DNA of 56,819 nt, the filler included, from Novakomyces olei (taxonomy: Eukaryota), in the NCBI GenBank assembly GCA_016906335.1. It is 2 parts of 2 records of this genome, joined end to end, with 100 filler letters (N's around TTAATTAATTAA, not from the genome) between each part and the next. Parts side by side here need not be neighbours in the genome. Positions count along the whole stretch, not along the records: positions 1 to 29,693 come from JADEYG010000008.1; 1 more part is not named here. One strand, 5' to 3'. The notes under the pieces are model-generated. The model was not told the DNA's origin and made no database searches. It worked only from the letters and a program-made list of their open reading frames with translations. Shown here piece by piece: positions 1 through 12,482 of this stretch. Position numbers and translations under genes: made by a program. Numbering within the stretch: the first letter of the stretch is position 1; every line of letters begins with the position of its first letter.

Positions 1-708
1 ATGTGGTACCGGAAAAGCCGACGCGTACTTTGAGACTTGCTTCCCGAATATTGTACCTGACAGCACAAGTCAGCGAGCTGAATTATAGTTTTGCTGAGCA
101 AAGTGGTTTCGCAGTGGGAGGAAAAGCAGCGGCTCGGGGATCGATCCGTTTGCACAGCGCAACGGGTTCCGCAGGGGCTTGTCTTAAGCTGCAACCCGAA
201 AACCACACAAGAATCGGCTTCACTTAGCAGAGCCCGGGAGATTGAGACGGAACTGCTCTTATGGAGCTGCCCGGCCGAGTACAATGAAACCGCGCTTCAA
301 TTACTGGCTTTTTCGTATCGCAGTGCTGCACTTTTGCATCTTTATCGGACACTGAGGCGCTATTTTCCCGATTTAAAGACAGAATTGGAGACAAAGATGG
401 CCCAGCATGTAACGCACATCTCTGAAATAGTTTTGCAGATGAGCGAAGGCTGCTTGGCAGAATGTACTTTACTTTTTCCGCTCTTTATGGCCGGCGGCGA
501 GGCGGAAGACCCAGAGCAGGTGCGGGTTATCCGTGAAAAGCTCGTCTCTATTAATAAATGGCGGCGGTTCCAGAACGTTGATCTTGCTCTTGAAGTGCTG
601 GACGAGCTTTGGCGGCTAAGACGGGCCGGGTCACTGGGGCCAGACGGCACTAGACTGGATTGGCTACACATTACAAAGTCTCGCAATATTCAGCTGGCTA
701 TTTCTTGA
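1..708 (+). CDS. Fungal-specific transcription factor domain protein (Fungal_trans_2-like), 3' part; runs off the window start
   Basis: ORF 91-708 has AFSYRSAALLHLYR...LLFPLFMAGGEA...EVLDELWR...DWLHI, typical of this C-terminal domain. Upstream DAYF/LASRILYLTAQVSEL is recovered across frameshifts at about 30 and 90. Confidence 0.8.
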
Positions 709-910
709 AAGTCTCAATAGTATAGTGACATTTAAAAGCAAATTCAGCAAGGAGTATTAGGTGCGCATTAATTCTCATGTTTATTGGTGCGAGTAATTGA
801 AGGTTCAGTAAGTGTGATTAATATGTTCTAGATTTTTATTGGTTCAGGTCTATGTTTAGCTATTCTAATCTCAAACTTATCCCCCTTTAACAGATCTGAT
901 AGATATTGCA

Positions 911-2707
911 TTATGGATTAACAAGGTATACACGGCCCTCAAACGGAGCCAATGAATCTGACTTGTTATCCCGTACCGTAGACATAATCTGCTGCAGATC
1001 CACACTCGCACCACTGGGCAGAGTGAGCTGTTCCGCGCTAGGTTTTTGAAAAGGTAAATGCTTTGCGGTAAAGTTCAGCACAACCAGAGCTTTGGATCGT
1101 GCAAAAGACTCCTTAACAAAAATGTGCAAGTCTGGATGTTCTGGTGCAACATCCTGATAGTCGCCATAGACAAAAAAATCCTTGTACTTGCGTCGTAGTG
1201 CAATAGCCTTTCGCCAAAATGCAAATACGCTATCCGGATCATCAAGCTGGGAAGTCACATTGATTTCCTTTGCTAGAGGATGGGGCTTCATCCACGGCTC
1301 TTTGACCTCCTTGCCTGCTGCCTCGGCTGCTTCGGAAAAGCCGCCATACTTTTTATCGGACCACGCCACCGGGATTCGGGTATGATCCCGGGCAAAGTAG
1401 GCGAGCGCATTAAAGGCCTTGTCCAGTGCCAGCGCATTGTCGGCACCGTACTTTTCCTTGATTGAAGTAATGTGTCCCACGCTCCCGATATCCAGATAGT
1501 TTTCCAGCGGGTATTCTGCCTTTGGCGCGTTTATACTCCCAATTTCCTGGCCCTGGTAGATGTACTGAGTTCCCGTAAGACAGGCCTGCATGAGCGCCAA
1601 CAGTTTCGCACTGCGGGCGCGGAATTCTGGACTATCATCCGCGAAGCGGCTGACGGACCGGGCCTGATCGTGATTTTCGAGAAACACGGTACTCCACCCG
1701 TCCGTATTGCGAATAAGCGATTGTGTCGCATCGATGGCGCGTTTAAACACGGGCAGTGTAAAGTCGTGCGGCTCGGCATCGTACGTTATAGCCTTGTTCA
1801 TGCCGACGGAAACGACGTCAAATTGAAACACCATATTTAAAGCGTTCGCTTTAGCGCTTACATACTCGAGAACATGTCGCGGATCCGGTGTAGTGGAAAG
1901 TTCTCCGACAGTTATGGCGCCGTACGCGTTTAAAACACGGCTCATTTCTTCCAGGTATTCAAACATGCGAGGCCCATTGCACACAAGTTTCCAAGCTGGC
2001 TGATAAGGAGCGCCCACGTCTACAATGGGCGCATCGGGAAACGTGGGCGGTTTACTGTACATGTTTACCGTATCCACACGGAACCCGTCAATCCCACGTT
2101 TGAGCCAAAACTCCATAGCCGATGCGTAGATTGCCTGTCGGGTTTCGGCATTGTCCCAGTTCAAATCTGGCTGCTCAATGGCAAACACGTGGAGGTAGTA
2201 CTCTTGCGTGGCTTCATCCCACTCCCAGGCACTGCCGGGTCCCCAGGCGGCCCGCCAGTTATTCGGCGGCAGCCGTTCTCCGGTGGCGGAGTACCGGGCA
2301 GGACGCCAAATATACCAGTCACGCTTCGGGCTGTCCTTACTGCTCCTTGACTCCTTGAACCAAGCGTGCTGGTCGGACGTGTGATTAATGACAAGGTCCA
2401 GCATAACCTTGATGCCCCGTGCATGAGCCTCGCGGACAAGATCGTCCACGTCCTGAAGGTCTCCGTACAGCGGATCGACACGTTCGTAATTCGAGATGTC
2501 ATAGCCCATATCGACACGCGGACTCTCGTACATAGGGCAGACCCATACGACGTTGACGCCGAGCGTTACGAGATAATCGAGCTTGCTCGTAATACCGCGA
2601 ATGTCTCCGACCCCATCGCCATTAGAGTCGTAAAACGAGGACGGGTAGACCTGATACACTATCGCCTCTTTCCACCATTGCCGCGTGTGAGTGCTAAAGG
2701 CCGACAT
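911..2707 (-). CDS. GH13 alpha-glucosidase (maltase/isomaltase type), intronless
   Basis: Intact ORF from ATG 2707: WWKEAIVYQVYP, MGYDISNY, DLVINH, QPDLNW, GFRVDTVNMYSK (nucleophile Asp), TVGE (acid/base), ENHD, YQGQEIG. Confidence 0.95.
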   Translation of the reverse strand: MSAFSTHTRQWWKEAIVYQVYPSSFYDSNGDGVGDIRGITSKLDYLVTLGVNVVWVCPMYESPRVDMGYDISNYERVDPLYGDLQDVDDLVREAHARGIKVMLDLVINHTSDQHAWFKESRSSKDSPKRDWYIWRPARYSATGERLPPNNWRAAWGPGSAWEWDEATQEYYLHVFAIEQPDLNWDNAETRQAIYASAMEFWLKRGIDGFRVDTVNMYSKPPTFPDAPIVDVGAPYQPAWKLVCNGPRMFEYLEEMSRVLNAYGAITVGELSTTPDPRHVLEYVSAKANALNMVFQFDVVSVGMNKAITYDAEPHDFTLPVFKRAIDATQSLIRNTDGWSTVFLENHDQARSVSRFADDSPEFRARSAKLLALMQACLTGTQYIYQGQEIGSINAPKAEYPLENYLDIGSVGHITSIKEKYGADNALALDKAFNALAYFARDHTRIPVAWSDKKYGGFSEAAEAAGKEVKEPWMKPHPLAKEINVTSQLDDPDSVFAFWRKAIALRRKYKDFFVYGDYQDVAPEHPDLHIFVKESFARSKALVVLNFTAKHLPFQKPSAEQLTLPSGASVDLQQIMSTVRDNKSDSLAPFEGRVYLVNP

Positions 2708-3280
2708 GTCGGTGGCAGCGGCAGCAAACGCGGCCAAACCGTCGGGAACGCCATGCCTTAAATTCGCGCTCGTTATCGCTGCCACTCGTAAATCTCTAGC
2801 CAATCAACATATACAGCGTATAGGGTTAGGGTTAAATGTTTTCAATATTCGGTAAAACCGCAATTGTTTCCCGATATAGTCTCGGCCATCGCAGAATATA
2901 TGAGCGATAAGGCGCGAAGGGCGGTGCCCACGCAGCGCTGATTGCACCTGTCAAAAACCAGCCAGGCTAATGTGAGATAACGTATCTCACGTCAGCCGAG
3001 TGCTGACGTGTACAAAGCGTCTCTATCTCGCGGCGCACATTCGAATGGCGTATGCCCACTTATCGCGCGCGACACACCTGGCCAATCGCGTTCCATCGGC
3101 ATTGCCGATGAAGCACCGGGTTCTCTTATCCACACGTTATCAGGAGAAAATAATGGGGAGATAAGAGTACTTGCAGGAGAAAATTCAACATGACAGGTGA
3201 ACTGCGCGCGGCTTTAAATTGACGAGCAAAGACCGCATTGTACGACAACTTTTAGAGATCGCTATACCTTTTATTACAAA
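2708..3280. promoter_or_regulatory. Divergent promoter dense in GATA elements
   Basis: GATAA/GATAG on either strand at about 2772, 2906, 2976, 3023, 3060, 3126, 3138 and 3160, between two head-to-head genes. Confidence 0.55.
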
Positions 3281-5363
3281 ATGTCTACTTCAACAGCTGA
3301 CGAAATTTCCGGCACTGCTCTTGGGCAAAGTTTTTCTTCGGAAAAGAAAAAGCCCGAAGTCGAAGACGAGCAGGCCAAGGCCAACGTAGTCTACGGCACC
3401 GTCCATGTTGCCGACGAGTCTGAACTCTCGTACTTTGAACGCAAAGCCGCATTGATCAATGAGTGAGTGTTCCAATCTTGGTTCAAAATTTTACCAGCTT
3501 TTTTGGCCAGAGTTATTATTCTTTTTTATTTTTTTTTCCTTAGCCTTCAATCAAGCCGAACCTTTGATTCTTGAAATATTGTCTATGTCTATTCCTATCG
3601 AAGCTTTCGGCTAACATGTATAGCGAGCTCGACAAATTCGGGTTTGGCAGGTACCAGCAATGCATTTGGCTGCTCTGCGGATTTGGGTATTTTTTAGATC
3701 TTGCCTGGTCACAGGGCGTTGGCCTCATGGCAACGGCCGTATTGTAAGAAAACCGTTGTTAGCTTTTACTTACGCATTTGAAAGCCAGGAAATGAACGTT
3801 CCGGCTGGCCGGCAAGGCCTCATCTTCACCTGCGCAAATGCCGGACTAGCGTATGTTAACCCTAACCCTCGATTAAAAATCTTAACAGTATTAGGATTGG
3901 TGCCTTTTTCACAGGTATTCTCACAGACATTGTCGGGCGCAGATGGGCTTTCAACATTACGTGCCTCATTACTTCCGTATTTGGCATGCTTCTTGTAAGT
4001 TTATACCCAAACCAATTTGAACAACTTGCTAACTTTTTCAAGGCTGCCAGTAAATTCAACTATGGAGCTATTTGCGGCATTTATTTCTTGTCCTCTATCG
4101 GTCTTGGTGGAAACATTCCTATTGACGCTACAATCGCCCTTGAATTTATGCCACCTAGCCGCCGGTACTTGGTATCCCTGCTGAGCATGTGGCAGCCAAT
4201 TGGCGTCGTTGTTGCTTCGGCTATTGCTTACGGCACGGCTGCCCGGTACCGATGCGGGGCCGATCTGCCTTCTTGTCGGGCTGTGAGCGAAGGCGAAGCT
4301 TGCTGCTCTGTCGCCAGCAACATGGGATGGAGATATATGGTTATTGTGATTGGTGCAATGACTCTCTTCATTTTTTTTGCTCGCTTCCTAATTTTCCGAT
4401 TTTACGAGTCGCCAAAGTTTCTTGTAAGCAAAGGCCGCGAGCAAGAGGCAATCGACGTTTTGCACAAAATCGCTAAATTCAATCGTGCACCGGCTCCTAC
4501 TCTCACTATGGAACATTTCTACGAAATTGATCGCGCAATGGGTATTGACCGTAATGCCCTTAAAGCCACAGTTGATGCCAAGGGAGCTTTTACGCGCGCC
4601 GTGAACGACATCAAGTTTCTTAAGGGTCTTTTTGAAACGAAAATGACGTGTTTTCTTTTCGTTCTTCTCGCTTTCACCTATATGGTAAGACTTGATTTAG
4701 TTTCCACGCCTTTTTACAAACGTTGTGATTCACGTTTAAATTAATATTAAATCCAAAATTTGCTCTTATAATGGTCGTTATTATTATATTTTTGTTTAGC
4801 TTTATTATACTAACATCCCAGGGCAACTACTGGTCCTTTAATTTGGCCGGGTCTTTCCTTCCAATTATTCTGCTTCGCAATAACGTGAGCTCAGGCGCTA
4901 CAACTGTCACTGAAACGTATCGTGAATATGTGTATATTTACTTGCCCGGAATTATTGGTGCAATTATCGCTCTTTTCTTGTTCAGCTGCCTTTGATTGGG
5001 AGAAAATGGTCGCTCGTTATTTCTGCTGCTTTACAGGGTCTGGCAATGGCCATGTACACACAAGTGAAAACTACGGCAGGCTACGTAGGGCTCAACGCTT
5101 TCGAGTACATTATGCAGACTTATTTTAACGCTGTACTTTACGCATCGGCACCGGAGCTTTTCGATACGCCATACCGTGCCAGTGCTAGCGGTATGTTGTC
5201 CTGCCTTGGCCGAATTGCCGGGATTGTGGCGCCTCTGGCAGGACAGCGATACATTGGACAAGGCAGCCAGGGAGTCTTGTGGCTCGGTGCTGGCGGTATT
5301 TGGCTGTCCAGTATTCTCATGGTATTTTTGCCCATCGAGATGCGAAACAGACAGATGTATTAA
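3281..5363 (+). CDS. MFS transporter (SV2/sugar-porter-like clade), spliced
   Basis: Exons read FERKAALIN|DELDKFGFGRYQ...LTDIVGRRWAFNITC...GGNIPIDATIALEF...ESPKFL...PELFDTPYRASASG. GT-AG introns at about 3463-3623, 3744-3784, 3851-3890, 3995-4042 and 4685-4821. One frameshift at about 4980. Confidence 0.9.
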
Positions 5364-5902
5364 GGCTGTGCTTATAATCTTGTTCAAACGCTTTTACAGT
5401 AGATATAATAAAGAATTTTTTGATTTAGCGTAATTAATTGAAATTGTGTAGATTGGTAAACCTTGTAAATTTTTTATATATAAACAATTACATGATTGTG
5501 TAATCTTGATCAAGCGAGTCGAAAGACTGCTAAATAATTGGAATATGTTCAAAAAACAATTAATAGTAAATGAAAACTGCTCTAAAAAATATAAAATTAT
5601 AAAATAGCCGCACAAATGATCTTGAGTAATTGGTACAAATAACAGTTTTGTTCATTGGGCAACTCAAGCTTAGAGGTAGCAAAGACTTTTATGACTTTAG
5701 GTGAAAAAAATCGCATGTCCCTTACACAAGAATTCCAGCTAATTAAAAAATAAACACGATGCACCGATGAAAATATTACCATAATCAAATAACAAAGTAA
5801 AAGAACTGGTGATAATATATAGTCAAATATACAAACATGTTTCCCACATTCAAACCATTAGCCATAAGCAAGAACATAAAAGCAAATACGCAGACGGAAA
5901 TT

Positions 5903-8686
5903 TTACGCGGGTCGTGCATTGTCAAATAAACTTGACCAATCAATCGGCTCTAAGCCTGCCTGTTGCCACATATCCCACATATCGCCTCCCAGACTAGCAT
6001 GTAATTGCTCACTTAAATTGGCGGCGTCACCAGCTGAAAGAGCTCCTGCATCGATACTGCCTTCTTGGGTATGAGCGCTTTCTGACACTATTGTATTCAT
6101 CATCTCGTGTAGAAGCGGAACATAGCGGCGGGCCAGATGACCCTGAGGAGGACTAGCGGCTTCAAGCGTACAAGCAGCCAGCTTTACCAGCTTGTAAAGA
6201 AGACTTGTTTCGGGTTGCTGTCCAGGTGTCGATAGTTGGGTATATTTTAAAAGATTCACTGCAACGATTAGTTTGAAAAGCAACCAATTAAAAAAGCACA
6301 AATACGGATATTGAATATAAGAATTAAAATTAAACAAAATATAAACTGAACTTAACATTAAAAAACAAAATAACTATTATAATAACCAATATTGAAATTG
6401 AACAAAGCAATGAATAAACAGGCCGAGGTCAAACTTACGGTCAATGTACTTTCTGAGCCAACTGTTCAAAAGGAAAAAAGCCGCGTATGTTATAACCACA
6501 AGTAGTGATCGATAGCAAACGACATCACACTGATCACTTTGGGATCAGGTTCCAGTCGAATATCATCAGAGGGCAAAACCATCTTTCCACCAAGTGTGGG
6601 TCGTGATAAGTGCAAAAGAATTTGACGAGCCCAATCCACAGCCCACATTAAAGCCTGTTTGGTCCATTGGCTCTGATCAGTGTTACCGAGAAAAGTGCAA
6701 GTATATGAAAGCCGATACCATCGAAGCGAGGTGAAAGGAAAATGCTGGCTCATAGTATCTGATCTTTGATTATCTTGACAAGACGTGAAATTCCATTCAA
6801 CCTGCTGCACTTGCCTGTCAAACTCCTCAACGTCTCCGATGCTTGTTGGCCTGCAATTGGTGAGGTGAGTGAAATGGGCGACTTGAAACAAAGACGTCAA
6901 TCGTATGTCAGTGGTCTGCGTGAAACGACACCGGCTAAAATTTGCTAGAACCTCGCTAACCGAATTTGTGTTTAAAGAGCAAGGTCTCCTAGATGAAAGA
7001 GCAAGACTAAAGATAAAGATAACAGTCAGAAACGCTAAATAAAACAGATATGGTGACAAACTTTTAGAAAATAAAACCAAAAGAGTAAAAACAAATCACA
7101 AATAAAATAAAAACTAGATTGAATTAAATTAAAATTATCGATACTGAAAACAACAACATACTAATGGTCACTTTCTATAAGGTAGAGCATCGTCCGAAAC
7201 TTGCGAGCATCCATTCTGGCAACTATGTCAGGGTTTCGAAAGCTAGCACAGCAACTTTTTTCCAGTTCCAAAGATGTCGCCCACCGAATAGCCAGGCTCA
7301 AGTAATGCCAAGCACCGGCCTCGGAAAATCTCGAGCGAAACTTTTCGCGATCAATGCACACGTCAAGAGGCATCCAATGAGCGCACAGTATGAGGGCTTG
7401 CACGGTCTCAAGCATATGATCCTCCAGTCTTGGACGTAAAGTAATCCGCATTATTTCTGCATCCAGTAGACGAACTAGATCAGGGTATCGAGGGTGAAGC
7501 CAGCAAGAAGATCTGACTATTAGCAGTGAAATAATTAGCCATTTAATCGAAGCATACTTCGACGGAGCGCTCCAGAAGCGCGCACCAATACAGAGGATAG
7601 CGAGGAAAAGCAGCATACTCCTCCCACGGACACTATCAGCATTAAAATCGATCTCTTCGTCCAAAAAGGGAGCGTTAGGATGGCCGTAGGAAAAGAACCT
7701 GTTTAGTTTAGATTGGAATCATTGATATATAAAGAGAAGGAAACCAACTAAAATGTAATTAAAAGATAAGCAGAGCAAATATTACAGCTTGAACATGACT
7801 TGCGCCTCTGCATGCGTCAAAACGGATTGAGCAATAGGATCATCCATCTCAAACTCGAGAGGATCATCCGGCTGAAAACGGTGCAAAGTCCGGAGAGGCC
7901 CGTCCGTCATAACTGCACCCGAAGAGGCGGCAAATGTACTTGTCGACGCAGTCCGATTAATTCGGGGCGCGGGCCTTATCAAAAGCAATGGTCAGCAGAA
8001 ATAAATTTTTAAATATTTGCATTACGAGACTGGTATAGGGGGCAGATAGTCCTGCTGCCGTGAACTGGGCGCTATATTGTTCCCGAAAGATTGCTTGTTC
8101 GTGAATCCCGAGTCTGACTCGGTGGAAATCGGGCTCGGCCGCCCAACGTGCTGTGATAATTCCAGCCTTTTCTCCAATTCACCAACCCTATTCGCATTAG
8201 TCAGCCGCGAGCCATTAATAGTCTAACCGTTGAGCAAGCAGTTGAACCTGCCTGGGCAAATCTCCATCACCGTTTGCGATTGGCTGCTGCGACGCATCGA
8301 CTTTTATCCGGCCAGACCAATTGCCGTCTTCACTTGCGGCCATTTGTGGCATTTGTGGGGCCATAGTCCCTTCCACCGTGCGGAGAAGGCCTCCGTGACA
8401 GGTACTGCCTTCTTCAACTGGCGTCGATTTTGGCAGGTTCATATGGGCAAACGGACTGTGCCGCAAGTCCATCACCTCGTTCTGAAAGCTGCACTGCACC
8501 CTGCGCGCCATACAAGGCCGGCAGATAATACTAGTCGTGAAGCCACCGCACTTTTGTTTTCTTTATAAAGTCAGGTCTTTCTGTGCTATTGGAACAATCT
8601 CACCTCTGCCGACACTGCGCACACGAATGTATCGTGCGGCCCGACGGTAGCGAATATGGGACCCGACGCGATTCCCGAGGAGGCAT
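5903..8686 (-). CDS. Zn2Cys6 transcription factor with middle homology region, spliced
   Basis: Spliced across an intron at about 8561-8602 it reads CAQCRQRKQKCGGFTTSIICRPCMARRVQC (CX2CX6CX8CX2CX6C). Downstream exons include LLFLAILCIGARF, TVQALIL..HW, AWHYLSLAIRWATSLEL; stop at 5903. Confidence 0.88.
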
Positions 8687-9539
8687 TAAAAGCTTTGCTG
8701 CTTTACTTTTTTCTGCCCTCTCGCAGCATTGTTACTGCAATGCCGATCGACCCGCTCTCAGTTTGTGATTACAGTTTATATTCTTTGTTGTACTTCGTCA
8801 GTCTGTCTACACAGTTACTGATAACAGTTATCTGATAGATTATCAACGCTATGAAATGGAAATTTAAATAATAAAAACTCCTATAAATAAAGGTTTTTTT
8901 AATTTATGGAAGTAACAATATGGCCATTGACAGCTCCATTAGCGGCACGAAAAAAGTAGCCCCCACCACACCTCGCGTTCTACCTAAAACCAATGCGCTT
9001 TTCTCGACTCAAGCACCTTTCCTGAAGCCAGTAAATCATTTTCAAGTGTAAAATCAGTCCCGTTGTGATCAGCGTCTGGCTGGATTATTGGCCGCCCGTA
9101 AAAACTAGTATTACAGAAGATGCTTTCACCTGAATCATCATTTCCACGCCTTTTGGACATTCTCAAAGGAAAACCCTGACAGAAAAACCCTTACGTCAGT
9201 TATCTAACGTTTCACTTCCCCTAGCCATCGCTCGCAAGTACCTTTACTAAAACCCCAACTTGCGCTCACTTTGATTATCTTGCAATTATGCCACGCAACT
9301 AATTCGATAACAAGTCTGAACATGGACGGTCTTTACCCGTCATGGACTCGTATCATACAATACCTTACAACTATACACACTCTACCTTAGGCTATGGCAT
9401 CCCGACTTACGGTTTTTTATATACGTCAACATAGGAATAGCCAACTATCAACAGAGTAGGTTTGCTTTCCATTATTTTTTTCTTTGCCTACCGTGAAATA
9501 TCCTAGCTTCCTCCTCCCATCGGATCTTTCGCAAATTCG

Positions 9540-11950
9540 CCTTATTTTCCGCTCGATCTTGGCAGCTGAACCAATAACCTCTTCAGTGCAAAAGGCCCAT
9601 AGAAGTACGATGAAGTATCATCCTTGACAGCTGGTCGTCTCTGCTTAGCATCGAGCTCTTGACCGAAACAAATGTTGTAAACCGACCGTAAGTCATCCCG
9701 CCTCCATGGCTGCAGATCGGCAACACGGCTGATAAAACTCAATGACAATGAAACAAAAACCGTATTTCTTCATTCCGACCAATGCCGCTTCCACTTCAGC
9801 CGTAGTAGTCTTGCCGATATATTTACCAGTCGTCAATTCGGCACAATCCAAATATCCTCACTCCGATAGGCCCATCACCGGTAAACAAAACAAATTTGTT
9901 AGCCAACTGGCGATCAAAACATAACACTAAAGTTCAAGGACTACATAATAACCCGGTACCACATGAATAGTTTCCTATACGATCAGACTCTTCCAGATTA
10001 CTCCTTGCCATCTAGCCAAATTTTTTATAGCAAGAATCCCGCAACATTACTCTTTTATTCTTTCCAGTACACCATATGCAGTCGTTCCAAAGATGGCAGC
10101 GCATTCCAGCTCATGGGGTTATCCCCACAACAACTTAGAACCGTCTCAGTTTCCAAATGTCTAAACACGAAATAGCCCAACTCCTTTAGTCAAAAGCGAC
10201 TCGAAATAAGTCCCTTACATCAGTCAATGGGGACATTTGTCTTCGATAATATTAAATACCAGGGGCCAAGCTCCCGAAATAGGTCTCCAGTATCCTAACA
10301 CCCGTAAGACGCATTTAGGATGGTGCGTCGTCTCAAATCGCTTGAGGTCTCAATCCTTGGAGCAGTATAAAAATGGGTAATTGATACTGTTATTAATCCA
10401 ATATCGACTTCGAGTGGGTAAATGGTTACTTTCAAACACCATAGAAAACATCCAAGAAGTAATGAGATACACCACATATTTGCCTGTATCAACCAACATC
10501 AGCTCCGCAAAAACATTTGTCTATCGTAGATCAAAACATATTTGGCCATACTGCCACCAGTAAATTCCCCTGGTGTGATAAACCCTTGGGTTTCCCGTTA
10601 TCCGGCTATATAGAAGAAAGAGGTCTTCTAGTCATGGCTTGGAGAATAAGCTGGGTCTTTTCCAGCTCTTCATTCCACCAAATCTCGACCTGTCGTCCCA
10701 AGTGTCAACATTTTTTATCGTTAGACAATGACTTTGAACACATTGCATTGCTCATCGCCTGGTCCACAATCATTTTCGTTAGTTGATTTTCCTCCTCAAA
10801 GCCTTCGTTTGGCAGAAATGACCCGCGAGAGTTGGATCGAGATCACTCGGAACAGACTCCGCCGAAAACCCAGCAAAAACACGGAATGGATGCACCAATA
10901 CGGCCATGCCAGCATAGAAATTATTGGCGTTGAATCATGGCAATATATTGTGACAACGTCGCCTTCTTGACACCGGAATTTGAGACCCAGATAAACGACA
11001 GGTCTTCAGTAACTCGGCCATAGTGAGACTCTGCTTCATTGGGTTGATCACTTCATATATCATAGCTATTTCTCCGGTATTTGCGCATGTCGGTCGATAC
11101 AATTGTAGGATGGGTTCAGTTTCCCACCAGCAAACCAGGCACTATGCCTTCAAGCAAAGGCGCTTAGGTAGTATAAAAGGCGGTCAATGAAGCAATCATT
11201 CGCCATTCGAGCCCAAAATTATCGGGTGATATTGATTATTGTAGCTTCGAATTCATCCACTCCGCTGAATGAGGGGTAAGGGGTTCGGCGGAAGGCCTTG
11301 GCTAGAACCGAACGGCCAGCATTAGGCTTTCCTAAGGCCATCAGCGAATTATCCGACAGTGCTCTTTTCAAAGCTTCATACATGGCAGCCTTTACTTTAC
11401 AAAAGTAGGATAGCCCCCGTGAAAAGACCTTACATTTCTGGGGTCAGACCAATTTTACGTGTCCTGGCTGACTCCCGGCCCGAAAATAATCGCGGATCGG
11501 CCTATCGGATTTACTAAATACTAAATTATCAGAAAAGACACGCTTGAAGATGCAATATTCTCTAAATGGAAAGACCAATAACTATCTTGACTTCATAGCG
11601 GATATCCACACGGTGGGCAGCCACTACAGTAAAAATTCGGTGGCATGGGTTAATGCCAATCGAATTGCCAGAGCGCTAACTACTGTCTCAAGTCGAGCAA
11701 GAAAACAGAAAGTCATCGTGTTATCTATGTGCAGCTAGCATAGCGTAGTAACCAAATTTACCATATCTTGGAAACCAAATCGGGCCAAACCCATGAGAAA
11801 ATCGCGAATAATTGGCGGTGCCCGACCTTGCTCATTTATCGGATTCGGTAACAATAATCGACTAGGCACGAGAAAATGCTTACCAACTTGCCGGCTGGAT
11901 TTCTGCGCGTCAAGCAGTTTTTTCATACTATTTTGGAAAGTTCATTCGAC
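9540..11950 (-). pseudogene. Degenerate gene, possibly related to the N-terminal (recombinase-like) half of telomere-linked helicases
   Basis: Frame-broken peptide islands FITPGEFTG..AKYVLIYDRQMFL (about 10580), CGDNP (about 10120), FVLF (about 9890), WKR (about 9790) and ADLQ.HGGGMTYGR (about 9710) occur in the same order and at similar spacing to motifs in the 50583-54583 gene. No helicase motifs follow. Confidence 0.3.
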
Positions 11951-12482
11951 TGGAAACCCTATCATATATCCCAAAAATTACGTCGTTCAGATATTGACTA
12001 CTAAACAACTCCCTTGGTATACAAATAACTTTAATCCTTTCCTATCGATTGAAATGCTAGGCCCACTCTATGACCAGTCTTCACAATCACGGTTCAGATT
12101 ACCATATATTATTATTATTTTATCGCAAAATACAAGATTATTGGCCGAATACCAGACTACAGACATTAATACTAATATAAAATTATAATAATTTACATAA
12201 AAACATATACCAACTCCACTACCCCCAACAATATGCACAGGCTGTATGGTCACTCTCCGTGTCCATATAGCCATATAACTCTAAGATGCTCCATAACTAA
12301 CTTACAATCCATTTCAGCTTCTTGCCCTCATCCCGTTCTTCGAAATCTGTCAGTTCCCTTCCCATTCCCTCCTAATCCTTAACATCTAGATCTCTCCGAT
12401 TATAATATCTCCGATTCTCTAGGGGTATAAAACTAATTAAGGCCTTCAGCGAGGGTCTGACCGCCCAATGACCAACAGTCTC

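Noticed and set aside
1182-2761. Plus-strand ORFs overlapping the alpha-glucosidase
   Set aside because: Antisense shadows of a GC-rich coding sequence.
2708-2803. N-terminal extension of the alpha-glucosidase in the ORF track
   Set aside because: Begins at a TTG; family similarity starts just after ATG 2707.
2821-3870. Isolated TTAGGG/CCCTAA pairs at 2821 and 3857
   Set aside because: Too short to separate from chance or ordinary telobox promoter motifs.
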